From NCBI RefSeq assembly GCF_009914755.1, contig NC_060939.1: 64,000 nucleotides of DNA, one strand, 5' to 3'. Positions within the stretch are counted from its first letter, which is position 1. The number at the start of each line of letters is the position of its first letter. The position numbers and the translations under genes were made by a program. Below, piece after piece: positions 59,501 through 64,000 of the stretch. Origin of the DNA: the human T2T-CHM13v2.0 reference genome, Homo sapiens. Below the pieces are notes generated by a model. The model did not search any database. It had not been told where the DNA came from and worked only from the letters and a program-made list of their open reading frames with translations.

Positions 59501-62500
59501 TGAGATATATCTCTGCACTGATCCCGAGGTGATCCAACTCTTGCCTGGTCTCTGCCTACTGGGGACATTGTGATATATCTCTGCACAGATCTCCCAGGTG
59601 CTGCAACTGTATTCTAGGCTCTGGCTACACGACATTGTGACATATCACTGCACTGATCACCCAGGTGATATAACTCTTGTCTAGGCTCTGCCTACAATGG
59701 TCTTGTGACATATCTCTGCACTGATCACCCAGGTGATATAACTATTATCTAGGATCTGACCAAAGGGTGCTTTGTGACATATCCCTGCAATGATCACCCA
59801 GGTGATATACCACTTGCCAAGGCTCTGCCTACAGGGGCATTTCAATGTATCCCTGCATTGATCACCTAGGTCTTGTAACTCTTTTCTAGGATCTGTCTAC
59901 AGGGCGCTTTGTGACGTAACCCAGCAAGGATTACCCAGGTGATGTGCCGCTCATCAAGGCTCTGCCTACAGGCACATTGCGATGTATCTCTGCACTGATC
60001 ACCTAGGTCATGTAACCTTTGTCTAGGCTCTGCGTAGGATGGCATTGTGACATATCTCTGCACTAATCATCCTAGTGATGTAACACTTGTCTAGGATCTG
60101 CCTAAATTAACTTTGTGACATAACCCTGTACTGATCATCCAGGTGATCGGGCTTTTGTCTAGGCTCTGCCTAAGGGGGCATTGTGACATATTTCTGCATT
60201 GATCACCCAGGTGGCGAACTCTTCTCTTGAATCTGCCTATGGGGGCATTGTGAGAAATCTCTGCACTGATCACCCAGGTGACGTAACTGTTGTGTAACCT
60301 CTGCCTAGAGGGGAATTGTGAGAGATCTCGCCACTGATCACCCAAGTGATGTAACCATTCTCTAGGCTTTGCGTACAGGGGGCTTTGTGACATACCTTTG
60401 CACTGATCACCCAGGTGATGTAACACATCTAAGTTCGGCCTAAAGGAGCTTTGTGACATATCTCTGCACTGATCACTTAGGTGACGTAACACTTTTATAA
60501 CCACTGCCTGCAGGGAATTTTGACAAATCTGTACACTGATCACCTAGGTGATGTAACTCTTGTCTACCCTCTGTCCAACGGGGCATTGTGAAATATCTCT
60601 GCACTGATCACCCAGGTGATCCAACTCTTGACTAGGATCTGCCTACAGAGGTTATTTTGATATATCTCTGCACTGATAAACTAGGTGTTGTAACCCTTGT
60701 CCAAGCTCTGCCTACAGGGGCGTTTTCACATATCCCTGAACTGATGACAGAGGTGATGTAACACTTGCCTAGGCTTTGCCTACAGGGGACATTTTACATA
60801 TATCTGCACTGATCTCCCAGGTGATGCAACTCTGGCCTAGGCTTTGCCTACAGGGGACATTGTGACATATCTCTTCAATGATCACCGATGTGATGCAACA
60901 CTTGCCCAGGCTTTGCGTAGAGGGGACATTGTGACATATCTCTGCACTGATCTCCCAGGTGCTGTATCTTTAGTCTAGGGTCTGGCTACACGGCATTGTG
61001 ACATATCACTGCACTGATCAACCAGGTGATATAACTCTTGCATAGGCTCTGCCTAAAGGGGGCTTGTGACATATCTCTGCACTGATCACCCAGGTGGTAT
61101 AGTTCTTTTCTAGGATCTGCCTACAGTGTGCTTTGTGACATATCCCTGCACTGATCACCCAGGTGATCTAACTCTGGTCTAAGCTCTGCCTAAAGGGGCA
61201 TTGTGACAGACCTCTGCACTGATCACTCAGGTGATGTAACTGTTGTCTAGGCTCTGCTTCAAGGGGCCTTGTCACATATCTCTGCACTGATCACCCAGGT
61301 GATGTAACTCTTTTCTAGGCTCTGCTTCCAGGGCATATTGTGACATATCTATGCACTGATATCCTTAGTGATGTAACACTTGTGTAGGCTCGGCCTACAG
61401 GGGAATCTTGACATATCTCCGTACTGTTAACCGAGGTGATTTGACTCTTGTCTAGGCTGTGCCCACAGGGGAATTGAGATATATCTCTGCACTGATCCCG
61501 AGGTGATCCAACTCTTGCCTGGTCTCTGCCTACCGGGGACATTGTGACATATGTCTGCACTGATCTCCCAGGTGCTGCAACTGTATTCTAGGCTCTGGCT
61601 ACACGACATTGTGACATATCACTGCACTGATCACCCAGGTGATATAACTCTTGTCTAGGCTCTGCCTACAATGGTCTTGTGACATATCTCTGCACTGATC
61701 ACCCAGGTGATATAACTATTCTCTAGGATCTGACCACAGGGTGCTTTGTGACATATCCCTTGAATGTTCACCCAGGTGATATACCACTTGCCAAGGCTCT
61801 GCCTACAGGGGCATTGCAATGTATCTCTGCATTGATCACCTAGGTTTGTAACTATTTTCTAGGATCTGCCTACAGGGTGCTTTGTGACGTATCCCAGCAA
61901 GGATTACCCAGGTGATGTACCGCTCATCAAGGCTCTGCCTACAGGCACATTGCGATGTATCTCTGCACTGATCACCTAGGTCATGTAACCTTTGTCTAGG
62001 CTCTGCCTACGATGGCATTGTGACATATCTCTGCACTAATCATTAAAGTGATGTAACACTTGTCTAGGATCTGCCTAAATTAACTTTGTGACATAACCCT
62101 GTGCTGATCCTCCAGGTGATGGGGCTTTTGTCTAGGCTCTGCCTAAGGGGGCATTATGACATATTTCTGCATTGATCACCCAGGTGGCGAACTGTTTTCT
62201 TGAATCTGCCTATGCGGGCATTGTGACAAATCTCTGCACTGATCACCCAGGTGACGTAACTGTTGTGTAACCTCTGTCTACAGGGGAATTGTGAGAGATC
62301 TCGCCACTGATCACCCAAGTGATGTAACCATTGTCTAGGCTTTGCGTATAGGGGGCTTTGTGACATACCTTTGCACTGATCACCCAGGTGATGTAACACA
62401 TCTACGTTCGGCCTAAAGGAGCTTTGTGACAAATCTCTGCACTGATCACTTAGGTGATGTAACACTTTTATAACCACTGCCTACAGGGAATTTTGACAAA

Positions 62501-64000
62501 TCTGTACACTGATCACCTAGGTGATGTAACTCTTGTCTACCCTCTGTCCAACGGGGCATTGTGAAATATCTCTGCACTGATCACCCAGGTGATTCAACTC
62601 TTGACTAGGATCTGCCTACAGAGGTTATTTTGAAATATCTCTGCACTGATAAACTAGGTGGTGTAACCCTTGTCCAAGCTCTGCCTTCAGGGGCGTTTTC
62701 ACATATCCCTGAACTGATGACAGAGGTGATGTAACCCTTGCCTAGGCTTTGCCTACAGGGGACATTGGACATATATCTGCACTGATCTCCTAGGTGATGC
62801 AACTCTGGCCTAGGCTTTGCCTACAGGGGACATTGTGACATATCTCTTCAATGATAACCCATGTGATGCAACTCTTGCCCAGGCTTTGCGTAGAGGGGAC
62901 ATTGTGACATATCTCTGCACTGATCTCCCAGGTGCTGTAACTTTAGTCTTGGTTCTGGCTACACGGCATTGTGACATATCACTGCCCTGATCAACCAGGT
63001 GATATAACTCTTGTATAGGCTCTGCCTACAGGGGGCTTGTGACATATCTCTGCACTGATAACCCAGGTGATATAGCTCTTCTCTAGGATCTGCCTACAGG
63101 GTGCTTTGTGACATATGTCTGCACTGATCACTAAGGTGATCTAACTCTGGTCTAAGCTCTGCCTAAAGGGGCATTGTGACAGATCTCTGCACTGATCACT
63201 CAGGTGATGTAACTGTTGTCTAGGCTCTGCTTCAAGGGGCCTTGTCACATATCTCTGCACTGATCACCCAGGTGATGTAACTCTTGTCTAGGCTCTGCTT
63301 CCAGGGCATATTGTGACATATCTATGCACTGATCACCTTAGTGATGTAACACTTGTGTAGGCTCGGCCTACAGGGGAATCTTGACATATCTCCGCACTGT
63401 TAACCGAGGTGATTTTACTCTTGTCTAGGTTGTGCCCACAGGGGGATTGAGATATATCTCTGCACTGATCCCGAGGTGATCCAACTCTTGCCTGGTCTCT
63501 GCCTACTGGGGACTTTGTGACATATCTCTGCACTGATCTCCCAGGTGCTGCAACTGTATTCTAGGCTCCGGCTACACGACATTGTGACATATCACTGCAC
63601 TGATCACCCAGGTGATATAACTCTTGTCTAGGCTCTGCCTACAATGGTCTTGTGACATATCTCTGCACTGATCACCCAGGTGATATAACTATTCTCTAGG
63701 ATCTGACCACAGGGTGCTTTGTGACATATCCCTTGAATGATCACCCAGGAGATATACCACTTGCCAAGGCTCTGCCTACAGGGGCATTGCAATGTATCTC
63801 TGCATTGATCACCTAGGTTTGTAACTATTTTCTAGGATCTGCCTACAGGGTGCTTTGTGACGTATCCCAGCAAGGATTACCCAGGTGATGTACCGCTCAT
63901 CAAGGCTCTGCTACAGGCACATTGCGATGTATCTCTGCACTGATCACCTAGGTCATGTAACCTTTGTCTAGGCTCTGCCTACGATGGCATTGTGACATAT
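44563..64000. repeat. Beta (68-bp Sau3A) satellite array with ~1,974-bp (29-mer) higher-order repeat
   Basis: Monomer ~CTGATCACCCAGGTGATGTAACTCTTGTCTAGGCTCTGCCTACAGGGGCATTGTGACATATCTCTGCA. The HOR marker CGATGGCATTG recurs at 44863, 46767, 48741, 50169, 51801, 53776, 55750, 57929, 60037 (variant), 62010 and 63982. Confidence 0.97.

Noticed and set aside
44917-63533. Recurrent 60-150 aa minus-strand ORFs (e.g. MLIKVLHHLSDQC...)
   Set aside because: They recur once per beta-satellite HOR with variable stops and frameshifts, so they are a by-product of the repeat.

Overview
Human/hominid pericentromeric or acrocentric-short-arm-type heterochromatin boundary; I see no credible intact protein-coding gene. 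There are three domains. (1) 1-21.9 kb is AT-rich, retroelement-rich DNA: a decayed 5'-complete L1PA4/5-like LINE-1 on the minus strand, several truncated L1s with target-site duplications (TSDs), three Alus, two ERV1-type LTRs, and MIR/L2/MER5 remnants. (2) 21.9-44.55 kb is a CATTC/CACTC satellite III (HSat3)-type array, C-rich on +. Its first ~10 kb is a composite satellite: 29 copies of one ~56-bp antisense Alu 3'-end cassette, separated by variable numbers of pentamers and arranged in a higher-order A-B-C-D pattern. (3) 44.56 kb to the end is a 68-bp beta (Sau3A) satellite with a ~1,974-bp 29-monomer higher-order repeat (HOR) and 21/24/28/31/32-mer variants whose lengths are related by simple deletions and duplications. 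Other points of interest are an L1 3' transduction, a 148-bp locally templated insertion inside an LTR, a young ~115-bp L1 with a perfect 16-bp TSD, and two sharp satellite junctions. Subfamily names come from my recall of consensus sequences, not from a database search.
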